Shown: piece after piece, positions 23,842 through 36,402 of the stretch
How the letters are laid out: each line of letters opens with the position of its first letter
Position numbering within the stretch: the first letter of the stretch is position 1
Assembly: GCF_030144855.1 (NCBI RefSeq)
Contig: NC_082731.1
Location: 22,258,001 to 22,322,000 of the forward strand
Direction: 5' to 3'
Length of the DNA: 64,000 nt
From: Hypanus sabinus
Lineage: Eukaryota
Translations under genes and position numbers: made by a program
Notes under the pieces: generated by a model
What the model was told of the DNA's origin: nothing
The model's input: the letters and a program-made list of their open reading frames with translations, nothing else
Database searches by the model: none

Positions 23842-26784
23842 CTGTCACAGAGCAAATATAAGTTCAAAAGTTAGTCAAATAATTACAATATTCTACACGC
23901 ATACCGACGAAGCACTCGCTGCTTCCTTTGTACTGTCTGGAGACGAGGGGTGGGCGTTACAATTTGAGGTAGAATTGTTGCGCTTTCATAAATAAGCAGG
24001 GGTGGCAGAAAAGGTTGAATGAAATTAACGCTTTGAGAAATCATCCAATTGCCTTTATTAGCCCTTTCTTGTCCCCATTCCATCTCAGTAGGGAAGCAAA
24101 GACAACGCTTTCCTGCCAAAGCCTGAAGCCATTCGACTGATGATTGACTGGAAATACCGATCAAACCTGCTATTCCCACTTAGAGGAAATTTGAATCCAT
24201 ATTACCTTCGTACCCTCAATTCCTTTCTCTCATGGTCAGTATTGCATTACTGGTATTCCATTATGTTTTCTGGTTTTGCTCGGTCAGACAAAAAATACTT
24301 GCTTACGTTGAAAATGACGAAAAACTTACCGATCAGAAGTGCTGCTGAAATAACAAACAGATATAGAACGAACATTTTTTGTGATCTGTTCGGAGTGAAT
24401 TTGCACTGGAAATATTTATTCTCCAAAAAATTACGTCACTGTACCTAATGAAAGCGGTCTTGTTTGTAAAGAAGCCATTGGTCTCTTCCACGTTGGATAA
24501 AGTTATTTCCTTCTCCAGGTCACCCAATCATCGCACGTACAAACATGTAGCACATAATTGATCTTCAACACAGCCAATCAGCTGTAAGTTGGCAGATTGG
24601 GCCTGAACGGATATAACTTACTTCCTCCGTTCAACAAGATTCAGCTGCATGTAAAGTTAAAGGGAAAATGTTAGCATCAAAAAATTACTTATCATGATGT
24701 CGTTCGAAATATTGGCCTTTGTTTGTTTTATTTGGAAAGTCTAAAGAACGAAGGTTGGTGTTGTCTCTTGGAGGAAAACTAGCAGACTAGGTTGAACAAG
24801 CAAACTGCACTGGGGAGGTTCTAGTTCATTCTGCGTCGGCTTCAGATTGTTTGATATTTTCATTTTATAAAAAAATGGCAAAAATATCACAAGAGTCTCA
24901 ATGTCGAAGCACTCTACCGAAAAGAACAATAACCTCAGCCCACCATGACCAATCAGTCATGCTTATATCGTCCTATCCAAACAGCATCTTCCTTTGTTAT
25001 GTATGAGCCCTCTTTCTTTTTCCAAATTAAACAGCAAACTTCCGAAATTGCCCAGATTGATATCTCTGACTGTGGCTGAGAGCTGGAGATATCAATCGCG
25101 TTATTTGCAAATTAAAATAAGCCATTTTGTAGTTCTTCTTCAACTTGTGTCCTCGCAAATTAAAACTACACACTCTTCACTTTGCGTCAAGGATTTGCAA
25201 GCATTTCGAATGTATTTTTTTATCTACGTCATTTACTTTTTGTATTTTAATTGATATACTTCCCTGTATTTACGATGCATATCCAGTCGTTGCAGCAAGT
25301 AGACCCAATCGTCATATTTCATCGAAGTCTTGCAATCGAGACAATACTGTTGCGACTCCATGTGTGCAAAGACAATTCAGATCCTGGCACTGGTGCGGTC
25401 TGTTTGCCAGAACTGGATCGCAAGTGTCAGCAGATTTTTAAAATCAGTAGTTAAGTAATTCACTGTGGCTGTAACGTTGCATATAATCGCCCCATGAAAA
25501 ACGTATTTGATGTTTTGTAATCGAGACATGTGTAAGGGGTTTCTTCTTTTATGTTACTGCTAAGCCTAATAAAATGGCTGCTCTGTAATATCAACTGCTG
25601 AGGCAACGGTTCTCTGTATCAGCATATTTGTGTCATGATTACTGATAACTGCCATTGCATTTGTAGTGTTCTCGCAAAGGTGTGAAAAAGCTGAACTAAA
25701 CACCAAGTATAAACCGGTCAACGAGGCGCGATTCTAGTAAGATTAACCGTTTACTGTTCTCTCTTCCACATTAACGTATGGTGAAAACGGTTGACAAAAC
25801 AATACAACATATATTCAGTATTTGATTCCTTTTGGGCTTCACATTTACATCATATATACTTGCAAAAATGAAACTACAACAAACTACATGACATTAAAGT
25901 ACAAGATAAATTAAGAATCTACCTACGCTATCAACTGCTTTAAATAAACGTCAACAAAAACTATCCGGAACTCTTTAAATAACAAAGAACATAAACTTTA
26001 TCAGTCGTCATTGTTTTTAACAGAATCAGCGTTAACAATTTTACTTCAACGTATCGATTATCTTATGAACTTACGGCGTTGCTTCAATGATATTTCTAGT
26101 GCGTAGAAACAAAACTTTTCTCGCGCTGATTCTGCACATACAAGCTCCCTCCTTCGCGTTTCTCCAAACCGGTATTTTCCCACCGGACGCAGCGAAACCG
26201 GGTGTGACGTCATCGCATGCCGCGATGTATCACAGACAGCGAATTTACTTTAAACAACCTTAACTTTAACTAGAAAGCGATTAGAAGCGAATTAATAAGG
26301 AAAACCTATAATAAACTAAACGAACGCCTTAAGGCCAACACTCTCCCTGCCTGACCGTTGTAAGATCACTGCGAACATAATACAAACTTGAGTCTCTAAA
26401 TCAGTCCTTAGTTAAAAGTGGAATGACTTCTGCAACTGGCGTTTCGTAGGTTTTCACATCACCTTGGTCAGACGTTTTCAACTCAGCCTTCCTGACGTGT
26501 CCATCCCGACTTGGGAATTTGGCAGTGATCTTGGCCATTAGCCAGCAGTTGCAGGTGTTCTGCTTGTCCCTGAGCAGGACTAAATCTCCAACTTGACGAT
26601 TCCTGCGAGGATCTGTCCACTTTTGTCTATGTTGCAACAAAGGTAGATATTCATGTCTCCAATGAGAACAGAAATGATTTGCGAGACCCTGAACCTGTAT
26701 CCATTGCTTTGTGTAAAAATCCCTATCTGAGCAGTCCCCAGGTGTAGGGGGTGCTCCTGTATTCTGCGTAAGGAGTATTAATGG

Positions 26785-27363
26785 TCAGTGTATGAAGGGG
26801 CTTTCTAGGTTAGAGGAGACAGGTAGGAGTGGTCGTGCATTTATAATAGCTGTGAATTCTGCCATTAGTGTGCACACTTTTTCGTGTGTCAGTCGGGTGT
26901 GTTGCAGCAGAACAGTTGAATTCAGGATCCTTCTGGCGAGACCAATCATCCGCTCCCATGAGCCTCCCTTTTGAGAGGCGTGTGGTGTGTTGAACTCCCA
27001 GTTGCATGCCTGCTGACTGAGGTACCTTTCCACCGTCTTGTCCGTCCCGAGCTCTTTGGACGCTCCAACAAATTTCGTGCCGCAATCCGACCTTAACTGT
27101 TTTGCAGGGCCTCTTAGTGCAAAGAAGCTTCTGAGAGCATCATTGCAGCTGGATATATCCAAAAATTCGATTACTGAAATGTGCACCGCTCTCGCACTCA
27201 TGCAGCTGAACATGATTTCCCACCATTTGCTCTCTGCTTGTCCTCCGCTTGTGCGACTAGTGTTCATAGTCCACGGACCATATACCTCGAGCCCAACATA
27301 CGAAACAGGAGGGCAGGCTTCAAGGCGTTCTGGAGGGAAGTTCGCCATACGTTGAGCTTCCAT
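26785..27363 (-). pseudogene. BEL/Pao integrase core ORF fragment (192 aa)
   Basis: PPVSYVGLEVYGPW..RSDCG..WEFNTPHASQKGGSWER..AIINARPL. Confidence 0.9.
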
Positions 27364-28110
27364 CTTCCCTCGCCGTTTCCTGCAGGTTACACATCTGTGG
27401 AGTACTAAATTGATCAGTGTTTTCCTTCCCGATCCACAGTTCTGCTGCCCTGATTGCTCCTTCCGGCAGTTGACGGCCCTGATACCTTACCTGTTCATGG
27501 TGGTGGCGAGTAAGCAGTAACGACACATTGCTGTCATTGGGCAGGATTACTGGCCTCTTTTCTGCAGCTGAATGGCGAGACTGTAACCGGCCTCCAATGC
27601 AAATGAGATCGTTCTTCATGATCGGGTTGAGTTTCCTCAAAGGGCTGTCCTTTGGTATTGGTTTATTAACTTGGAGGGCCGAAAACTCCCTTGCAAAAGC
27701 TGCTCTTTGATTTAGTTTAAGAATAACATTTGCCTGGGCCAATTCGTCCGTAGTGTACCAACGTGGGATATGAAGCTGTTTTAGATCTTGAATTGGATCT
27801 CAACAAGCACCCCATCTGATTAGCATGTCTTGTGGTAGGGGAGTATGCTAGTCGGAGAGCTCAAAGGTAAGTTCCCTGAGATGGGCTCTTCCTTGGGTCG
27901 TATCGAAGAGATAAAAAAAAAAACAACTGCTGACAGATGAGAGAACTCCACGGCGGGTGAATGGCTTGATCACGGTCGGCACGGAGAAGTTGAATTTGTC
28001 AGTTGTAATCTCCCAAAGGAGGCCCAAATTCCTTTTTGTGTGTATGGTTTCTCCATCTGGATCTAGGTCTTTGATTGCCGGAGCACAGTCATCGTTTAAA
28101 AAGGCCTCCA

Positions 28111-28899
28111 TTACTGCCTGACCGTTTGATGCGAAGTTGTGCCAGCGGAGGTTTGACTCAGTGATGAGGCGTGAGACCGTTGGAGCAGTTTGATAGCTTC
28201 GTCTTCTTTCTGAAGTGATATCAACCCATCATCGACAGAGAAGTGCCTTTCTACAAACTTAACGGTGTCATCGCCGTGCTCCAGTGCGCCCTCGCCGATG
28301 GATCTTCGCAGCCCATAGATGGCCACGGCAGGTGATGGACTATTGTCGAAAATGTGGACTTTATTCCGGTACTCAGTGACTTCCTTCTTAATATCATTGT
28401 CCTTGTGCCATAAGCAACGGAGGAAGTTCCAATGCTCTTCCTGTACTAAGATGCAATGTAACATCTGCTGAATGTCCGCTAAGATTGCGACCTTCATCTT
28501 CCGGAAGCGCTTCAGGACCCCGAGAAGGGTATTGTTGAAGTCGGGGTCTGTGAGTAGCACATCATTAAGGGAGATACCAGCGCACTGAGCACTGGAGTCG
28601 AAGACCTCTCTGATCTGATTGGGCTTTTGTGGGCGGAAAACCCCAAACGTTGGGAGGTACCAGCACTCCTCACCTTCTCGTAGTGGCGGTGCTACTTCAG
28701 CATGTCCGTTAACGAAGATCTTCTCCATGAATGCTACGTATTGTTGCTGCACCTCAGGGTTCCCTTTCAGAGCTTTTTGCAAAGACGTGCAACGCATGAC
28801 TGCCTGCTCTTTGTTGTTTGACAAGCGCTGGCGTGGTTTTCTGAAAGGTAGTGGGGCGACCCATTTATTTGCTTCGTCTCTGAAGACCGTGGTGTCCAT
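28111..28899 (-). pseudogene. BEL/Pao reverse transcriptase ORF fragment (262 aa)
   Basis: Motifs listed for the parent element; frame is broken on both sides. Confidence 0.9.
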
Positions 28900-31769
28900 T
28901 ATTTTGAGCGAAGACTGACTGTCCCAGTATCTTGTCAGTTACTTTAGTACACTTGTTCAAGCCCTGTCTTGCTTCCTTGATACACATGTAGCTTCTGCAG
29001 GGTTGAAAAAAATGAATGGCGGCCACTCTCTAGCACATTGGTCTTGAGTGTGTTAACAGTCGGTTTGTGTACATTGCCAAGGCACATCTCTCCCATCACC
29101 ACCCAGCCCAGATCCAGGCGTTGGACAAAGCGGGCATTGTGTGGTCCATTGACCTGCTGCCTGAACTTGTGCACCTGGAGAACGTCTCTTCCTCTTTACG
29201 TTTACTCTTTACGTTGAACAACTCAAATAACTCAGGTCTGACTAGTGAGCGATTGTTCTGGTCGTCCACAATTACATCGGCTTTGATGGAATTATCTTTG
29301 GCTCCCTTAGGGTACACCTTAGTGAGGCAGACCTTTGTATAAGAACGGCTTGACTGACCTTGACCGCAAACTTCTGTGCAGCTCGAGTTGACAACAGTTG
29401 TCTTAGAGTGATCCTTCCCTCTCCGCTGTCCTCTTGTTCGTTTGCGGTAACGGGCCGGAGTGCATGGCCCAATCGTGATTAGTGATATTACATTCCCTGA
29501 ACCTCACGTGGATCGCAAACTCTCTAGCGAAGTGAGAGGTAGAGGAACAGCATTTAAAACATACTTTTTTCTCTTTGTGGAGGCCCATCCTCTCGTCAAA
29601 GGGTTTTTTTCCTAAACGTTCAGTATTCTCAGGGGGTGGGGTTTGTTGTGCAACGGACTATTCTTCCTAGGGTCATGGTTAGTTGTAGAGACTTCAGTTT
29701 TACGCAGTGATACAGGTTTATTGATGTAAAAAAATTATTCGATGTGGATTTGACTGGCTTGGTGTGAATTGTACTGCTACCTGGACTCATGAGCCTAGGG
29801 TCGTTTCGATTATTCGCCTGCTTGCACACAAACATAGTGAAATACACAAAGGGAGGAAATGGAAATCATTCTTTTCCTTGTACTCTGAGCCAACAGACAC
29901 CCACCTTTCCTGCAGCCCAAATGAAAGTTTGTCCACGATTGGTCTCATTCCGCATGAAGTATCTAAATATGATAGGACAGTTAAATAGTCATCTTTTTAG
30001 CGCCTTCATTCTCAATGGGGAGATATCCGAGCTCTCTTAGCTACGTGTTGTCTTTGGCAGAGACATTAGGAAATTTTTCCAGGCGTCGAAATAGTGCCGT
30101 TTGAATAATTTCAGGGGCCACATTCCACTCCCGAAGTCTTTCCCATGCTTTGCGTAAAGCTAGCTTGGGTTTGTTGAAGTACACTGAACTTTTGCATCTC
30201 ACCTGTTCGCATGATTCATTTCCCAGACATTTCGTTGTAATATCCAACTCTGGGGTTGCTCCAAACTGGACTCCGTGGATAGCGTTGGCGAATGAAGAGT
30301 ACCATGCACGGCAATTTTTAGGCTTATCGTCAAACTGGTATAGTCCTGAAGTGACTAGATGTTGTCGTGCGATATACTGTACCATGGGTTCAAGTGAAAG
30401 TGACATGCTGTCGGGGGAATATGTCGGAGCATATATGACTGACGGTGTACATTTGCTGTGGGATTTGCTGTTCTGAATGCAGCCTTTGCCTCTCCTCTCC
30501 CCAAATCTGGTTAGTTTGGTGTCGAGAAGTATTTGTCATCGGAACTTTCATTTTTAAAATTCGTCGAGAAGTTGAAAGGGTAAATTGACTTTCTCAGATG
30601 GGTGTGATGCAATTGAACTTCTCTTTGACTCCTCATGAAATGTGATGTTAGCATGTAAGTATGGAGAAAAAGAACGACTCTTCAAATCCATTTGAGATCG
30701 GACGTAGTCACTTGTGCGTTCCAATTTGGTCCTTTCTGACGTAGATTTTACTTCTTCCATAACATGCATTTATTTACCATTTTCTAATATCTCTGCTTCC
30801 ATCCTCGCAGGTTCGGCTTCTCTGTGTAGCGTCAGCACTTCTAACTCTGCTTCTATCCTTACCCTTTCCAACTATTTTTTGGCTTCTCTGGCAGACATTT
30901 CTATTTTAAATTTTGCTTCCTGTTCAGCATATGACGCTGGCAATTTAGCGGTTACTGCTTTAGCTCTTGATTGGACAATCTATTTGTTGATGCCCTACTG
31001 CACCTGGCGCTGGATGGCAACGACCTGACGCTGGATCGCGATGCCATCGAGGCACATGAAACACCTGGTCATGCAGCCTTTTCACTGCAGTGTTCCAGCA
31101 CAGGTGTAAAAGCTCTGAACTATACACCAAGTATAAAGTGGTCAATGAGGCACGATCCCGTAAGATTAACCGTTTATTGTTCACTCTTGCACATTTACGT
31201 ATGGTGAAAACTGATGATAAAACAATACAAAATATATACAGTATTTGTTTCCTTCTTGGCACCAGATTTACATCATAAATACTTGCAAAAATAATACAAC
31301 AACAAACTATATTGCATTAAAGTACAACATACAGTGAGAATCTACCTACGCCATCAACTGCTTTAAATACACTTCAAAACAATCTATCTGCAGCTCTTTA
31401 AATAACAAAGGACATAAACTTTATCAGCGGTCATTGATTTTAACAGAATCAGGGTTAACATTTTAACTTCAACATATCAATTATCTTATGAACTTACGGC
31501 GTTGCACCTATGATGTTTCTAGTGCGTAGAAAGAAAACTAATCTCGCGCTGATCCTGTCCCCTCCTTCCCGCTTCTCCAAACCGGTATTTTCCCACAGGA
31601 CGCAGCGAATCACGGCGTGACGTCATCGCATGCCGCGCTATATCACAGAGAGCGAATTTACTTTCAACAACCTTAACTTTGACTAGAAAACGATTAAAAA
31701 CGAATTACTAAAGCGAAAATATAATAAACTAAACGAATGCCTTAAGGGCTACATAGTATTAATTTGCTA

Positions 31770-34700
31770 ACTAAATGGGATAGTTGTTTTTCTTTCCTGT
31801 CTGGGAACGCTATTGTTTGTCGCGGGCTTTGGGAGAAGTAGCGATGGGAACTGTGTGAGGAAACGCGATGCTGTATGCTGTGCGACGGAACGGACCCCGA
31901 GAGGGAGTCCGAGGCACACCGTCTTCGGCGCGGAGAGGAGACATGGACAGACTCGAGGAAGGCATTTGGTCGATCAACTAGGGTGGCCACATGCATGGGT
32001 CGGCGGAGTTCGGAGGACATCGAATAGAGCAAGGAGGATCCGGTTCTGTAAGAGCTCCAACGACGCGTGCACAAACTGGTTAATAATAATGGCGCCTTTT
32101 TCTTCTTCTTAACAGTTAAACATTTCCTATTTTGTTCCTTTACTATCTATATAGTCAAACTAAGATTCATAAAGTGTAATCATTTAATCGTATATGGTGT
32201 ACTGTCTGTTATTTGTCGTGGTGGGCTACATCACACAGCTTTTACACAAACTTGATTACCCAGTTTTGCGGGAGCAAAGGCTGCACCCCTATATGAAAAC
32301 GAGGGTAGCGACCCTAAGGCATACCAGGGGGCAACACATGGATATTTGAAACAATTTACACAGTGATCTGATGTTTAATGGTGTCAATGTGGTATTGGCA
32401 TTGTATTGTTGTAGATTGGACAACTCAGCTTTCAATTGAGTCTTCACTACACCATTCTAACAAAAGAAATTTCTATACACAATCTTAATCAGCATTGATA
32501 CTCTTAATACTCGTACATTTATAAAGCTCGGTAAGAGAAGTAGAGGTTTAATGAGATTTTATATAAAGAGGAGACCGGAATTATCACACAACACTCACAA
32601 AATTCTGGAGGAGCACAGCAGACCAGGCAGCATCTATAGGGATAAGCACTGTCGACGTGTCATCAGCGTCCTGACAAAGGGTCTCGGCCCGAAACGTCGA
32701 CAGTGCTTCTCCCTATAGATGCTGCCTGGTCTGCTGAGTTCCCCCAGCATTCTGTGTGTGTTGTTTGAATTTCCAGCATCTGAAGATTTCCTCGTGTTTG
32801 CTCCTGAAATATCACAGTTCTACAAGCTATTTACGTGTTCATAATGCTAAAGACAGTCCAACGTTCTGCTGAGGCTTAAATGCTGATATCATCCCTAAAT
32901 ACCAGATAATGATAAGGAAGGACAAGGACAGAAACCATTTCAACTCAGTTTATTGAAAGTATAACGGGACCTTTGGTAAGCACAGGTGAGACATAAAGCG
33001 AAGTGGAATGTTGCTGCACAAAATGGGATTTCAAATGGCATAATGCCATTAAACGTTATCTGGAAAATCAAAGTAATACTGAAAGATTAGATTGTCATTT
33101 GTTTAAAGTACTGTTCCGAACAATGCTGTGCAATGAATTTCCAAATTGTCGGAATGTTACCTAACAACATGCCAACACGACATTCGAACATTTCCCCTTA
33201 TCATTGCTAAAGGAGTAGTACAAATTGTGACGTGACATCGATGGGTGTTGTTAAACGCTTTGGATGAATCGCAATATTCCCGTGCGTAAAACCAGCATCA
33301 CATTGGTGTGTGCAAACCTTCTTCAACTAATAGCGTCAACCTTCGATACAGGGTCAATTTTGCCCAATGGAGCTTAGAAGATTAGAGGGCTACGGATAAC
33401 GCTAATGAACCTACATGTTACGCCGAGCATTGTGGCCCGAATTGCCTATAGTGTGCTGTAGTCTGTCTGCGGGTGTATCAATATATCTAACTCACGCATT
33501 TGTTTTGAGTATTTAGCCGCCAAAATTGGACGTTCCCGAGCAGGACGGAGAAATAGAATTAAAAAGTAAAACAGCAAGTTACTGGACGGGAATCGTTGAT
33601 AAGAGTGCTGCACTGACGCAGCTGCAGCGTTCCCACACACGTTCTATAAAGATTTTCGAGGGGAACTCGGGGCCTATAAAAGAGAGTTTTCCATTGACGC
33701 AAATCAATGCGCGAGAGATCTGGAGTCTTAGTACGGATGACTATCCGTATGAAGGTTACTTGACGTTGAAGCTGGGTTTTTTTGGAAGCAGTTGTGGGAA
33801 TAACTCAGGTCTTTGATTCTTTAGTGTATATTGGGGCGGATCCGATTGAAAATGGAGAAGCATCAATTCTTGTGAGGACAAGGACACATATGCACACATG
33901 GGAGGCACATGCCACCCTGCAAGGGGAAAGTTGGAGAGTGCATTTTGCCAGCATTGTCTAGTCACCCTGTGCTCCGATCTGTATTTAAGGAAACACCTAG
34001 GCGCATTAGCCTGGTGGATTATCATAAGCGAGGGACAATACCCCTAGTCCAATCCACTCGTGTTACGGCCTGGGGAATCAACTAGTGAGATGGAAGCACC
34101 AAAGTTCCAGGAATGCATGATCCCGAGATTCTCTTGATTGATACTCTGGAAGGTAATAATTTGGAGACGTGCTTTCCAGTTAGTGTACTGTGAATGCCCG
34201 ACCTGCAGTACCCCTCGGTTCCACAATTGAACAGGATGACAGTGACTGTCCGGAGAAATTAGGAGAAGGATATCTCCTTCAAGCAGGGGGTGCTAATGGG
34301 AGAAATGTCTCCCATGAGGGAAATATTGGGTGTCTATGTGAGACAAAGCGGGACGAAACTCGTTCAAGAATGGGTAGATGACTGCCGAGTTATTCAACAT
34401 TGAGCATTTCCGGGTACCTGGAGGCTGGAGTTACACTGAAGCGAACGTGGACTCTGTCTTAGCAGACAATATGAAACATTCTGCGGTGTCTGTATTACTG
34501 AAAGAATGGTCCATATTGGAGCTGAGAAACCAGGTACTATACCGGGATCGTCGCCTCCAGACAGACCACTGCGGAATCAATTGGTTCTTCCTGAAAAGTA
34601 TTGTCGGATTGAACTGACGTAACTTCATGATGATTCCGGCCATTTGGGGTGTGCAAGAGCTGTGGGCTGCACAGGTATCGGTTCTATTGAGTGCTACCGA

Positions 34701-36050
34701 AGCCGATGGTCGATGAGCTCATTAGATCATTCATTCGATGTATAAAGACGAAGACGCTCCCTTCGAGGAAAATCGTCTATCGCCCTTGCAGCGGAATTGA
34801 TCTGCTGTGAAAGGACTTCCTAGCAATGGAGAATGTTGCTAGAAACTGGGTGAATGTCTTGATTATTACGGATTATTACACCCGATATGCACAAAACTTT
34901 TCTGGGGAAGATCAGAAGGCGTCCAACTTGACCAGTGTTTTGGAAAAAGTATTTCGTCTATTTTTTTTTCGGGAATTTCCTGTATAGGGTCATATATGAG
35001 GTATGGAGCGTGCTAGGAGTTGAGCCCAAACGGTTTAATCGTACCTTGCTAAAGATGCTCGGAACGTTGAAGATCTAGTTAAAAAGAACAAGTAGACTCA
35101 ATATATAGCATATCTGCTCCACTGCTTCAACTGTACACAGAATAAAGCAACAAGCTACTAGCCGTATTAACTGATTTTTGTGCATGAAGCGATTTTGCTC
35201 GCCGCCTTTGTTTTAGGACCGGTGGCGAGGATCTACAGCAGATGTCTTATATAAAATGTTTGTCTGATATGTGATGAGGAAAGCTTATGAGCTATCTGTG
35301 GTCTCGGCTAACAAGCAAATTCAGGGAAATAAAATGTTAAGTTCACGCAACTAGTAGCCAAAGACCAAGCACTTATAAAGAATTTATGACAGCTCGCAAG
35401 TGTGTTTATAAGCATTTTTAATCACTGCGTCTCCCAGTTATATGGGTCCTCCAGCTTTAAAAAGTCGCCATTCTTCCTGCACTTAAAAATACCAATGGAG
35501 CATGTATGAGCGACTGGCGTTCAGTCGCACTCATCTCAATAATAAGCAAATGCTTTGAGATGAAGATCAAGTACTACATCGGCAGTATGCTGCCTCCCAT
35601 GCTGGACAACTAGAATTCACCTACCCTCATAATCGATCGATCGAAAGCAGACACATTTGCCACAGATCTGCCCAAAGTCCTCACACAACGAGAAATGAAA
35701 GATGATATTGTGACAATGCAGTTCTTGGAATACAGTTGAGCGTTCAACACCATAATTCCTTCCAGGCTCCATAAGAAGCTCAGAGACCTCAGCCTTCGTC
35801 TTGCCTTGTGTGGCTTGATCTTGTGCAGCACAGATGTGAACTTCGCACTATTCCGGAAATTTGCAAAGAACGATGTTTAAACATTTCACCATAGATCTTT
35901 GGGGGCCTGAGTCACACCAACAGCAAACTGATCCAACTGCCACAATCCCCGAAATGGTACAGCATCAAAAACAACAGGACCAAATGTCTATGGGACAGCA
36001 GGACCTGCCGGCACGCAGAGAGCGGCGGTTACACACAGCTGCCACTATAG
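31770..36050 (+). mobile_element. Old Gypsy element, unit B copy (LTR, gag, uninterrupted protease, RT/integrase remnants)
   Basis: Continuous protease-like sequence (PLTQINAREIWSLSTDDYPYEGYLTLKL..VFDSLV) where units A and C carry a CR1 insertion. Confidence 0.7.
32589..32802 (+). mobile_element. Penelope-derived inverted-repeat insert, orthologous to 12128-12340, with hammerhead-like motif at 32668-32701
   Basis: Flanked by CCGGAATTATCACA and CCTGAAATATCACA. Motif GTC CTGACAA A GGG TCTCGG CCC GAAA CGTC GAC. Confidence 0.8.
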
Positions 36051-36059
36051 AACGCAAGT

Positions 36060-36098
36060 AGTTATTGTACAGGTTCAGACTATTTCTGTACCCCTGTG
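36060..36098 (-). other. Recombination signal sequence, 23-bp spacer (V3)
   Basis: CACAGGG GTACAGAAATAGTCTGAACCTGT ACAATAACT. Confidence 0.92.
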
Positions 36099-36402
36099 GG
36101 TCTCAGAGCACAGTAATACATGGCAGCGTCTTCAAGTTTTGTTTCGGATACTGTCATTGGGACCGTTTTACTTGAATCATCCAATTGTGCTGTGAACCGT
36201 TTTCGGAAAATATTCTCTCGCTGGCTGCCGAATTTCGTAAGGTGCAACATAAACTCTAGTGATCCTCCGGGATACTGACGGTACCAGTATAATTCGGGGG
36301 TCGAGCTTGTTGTTGTATAGTTACAATTTAACACTGCAACGACCCCTTCCGTGACTGTAGTGACAGCAGCTGGCTGATAAACGGCATCGCCTCGGCAATA
36401 TC
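36099..36402 (-). CDS. TCR alpha/delta-type V exon V3, intact reading frame
   Basis: GYCRGDAVYQ..VLNCNY..LYWYRQYPG..RFTA..EDAAMYYCALRP. Canonical Cys/Trp/Cys, acceptor and 23-RSS present; leader exon not found. Confidence 0.9.

Larger units (their letters stand above)
25662..31753 (-). mobile_element. BEL/Pao LTR retrotransposon, near full length, with both LTRs, decayed
   Basis: Direct repeats 25662-26340 and about 31087-31753 (TG...CA); PPT GGCAGGGAGAG next to 26340. RT (ECWYLPTF..REVFDSS..ADIQQM..SVDDGL), Pao RNase H region, integrase (FSCMSARAVHI..SDCGTKFVGA..GGSWERMIG) and C-terminal domain (QVGDLVLL..DGHVRKAEL). Confidence 0.95.

Noticed and set aside
23883-24179. 98-99 aa ORF upstream of V2 and V3 (one stop in unit A) within a 274-nt indel-free AG...GT block, with faint Ig-like words (LxAxxGxR, PxLLIY)
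   Set aside because: By eye the V2/V3 differences are spread about evenly over codon positions. It has no conserved Cys/Trp, its open frame ends in phase 2 and cannot join the V exon, and the V-compatible frame has stops.
32357-32400. Perfect CACAGTG heptamers at about 32357, 38837 and 41714, and CACTGTG at about 13876 and 40208
   Set aside because: They lie inside retroelement sequence and have no nonamer at 12 or 23 bp or V/J context.
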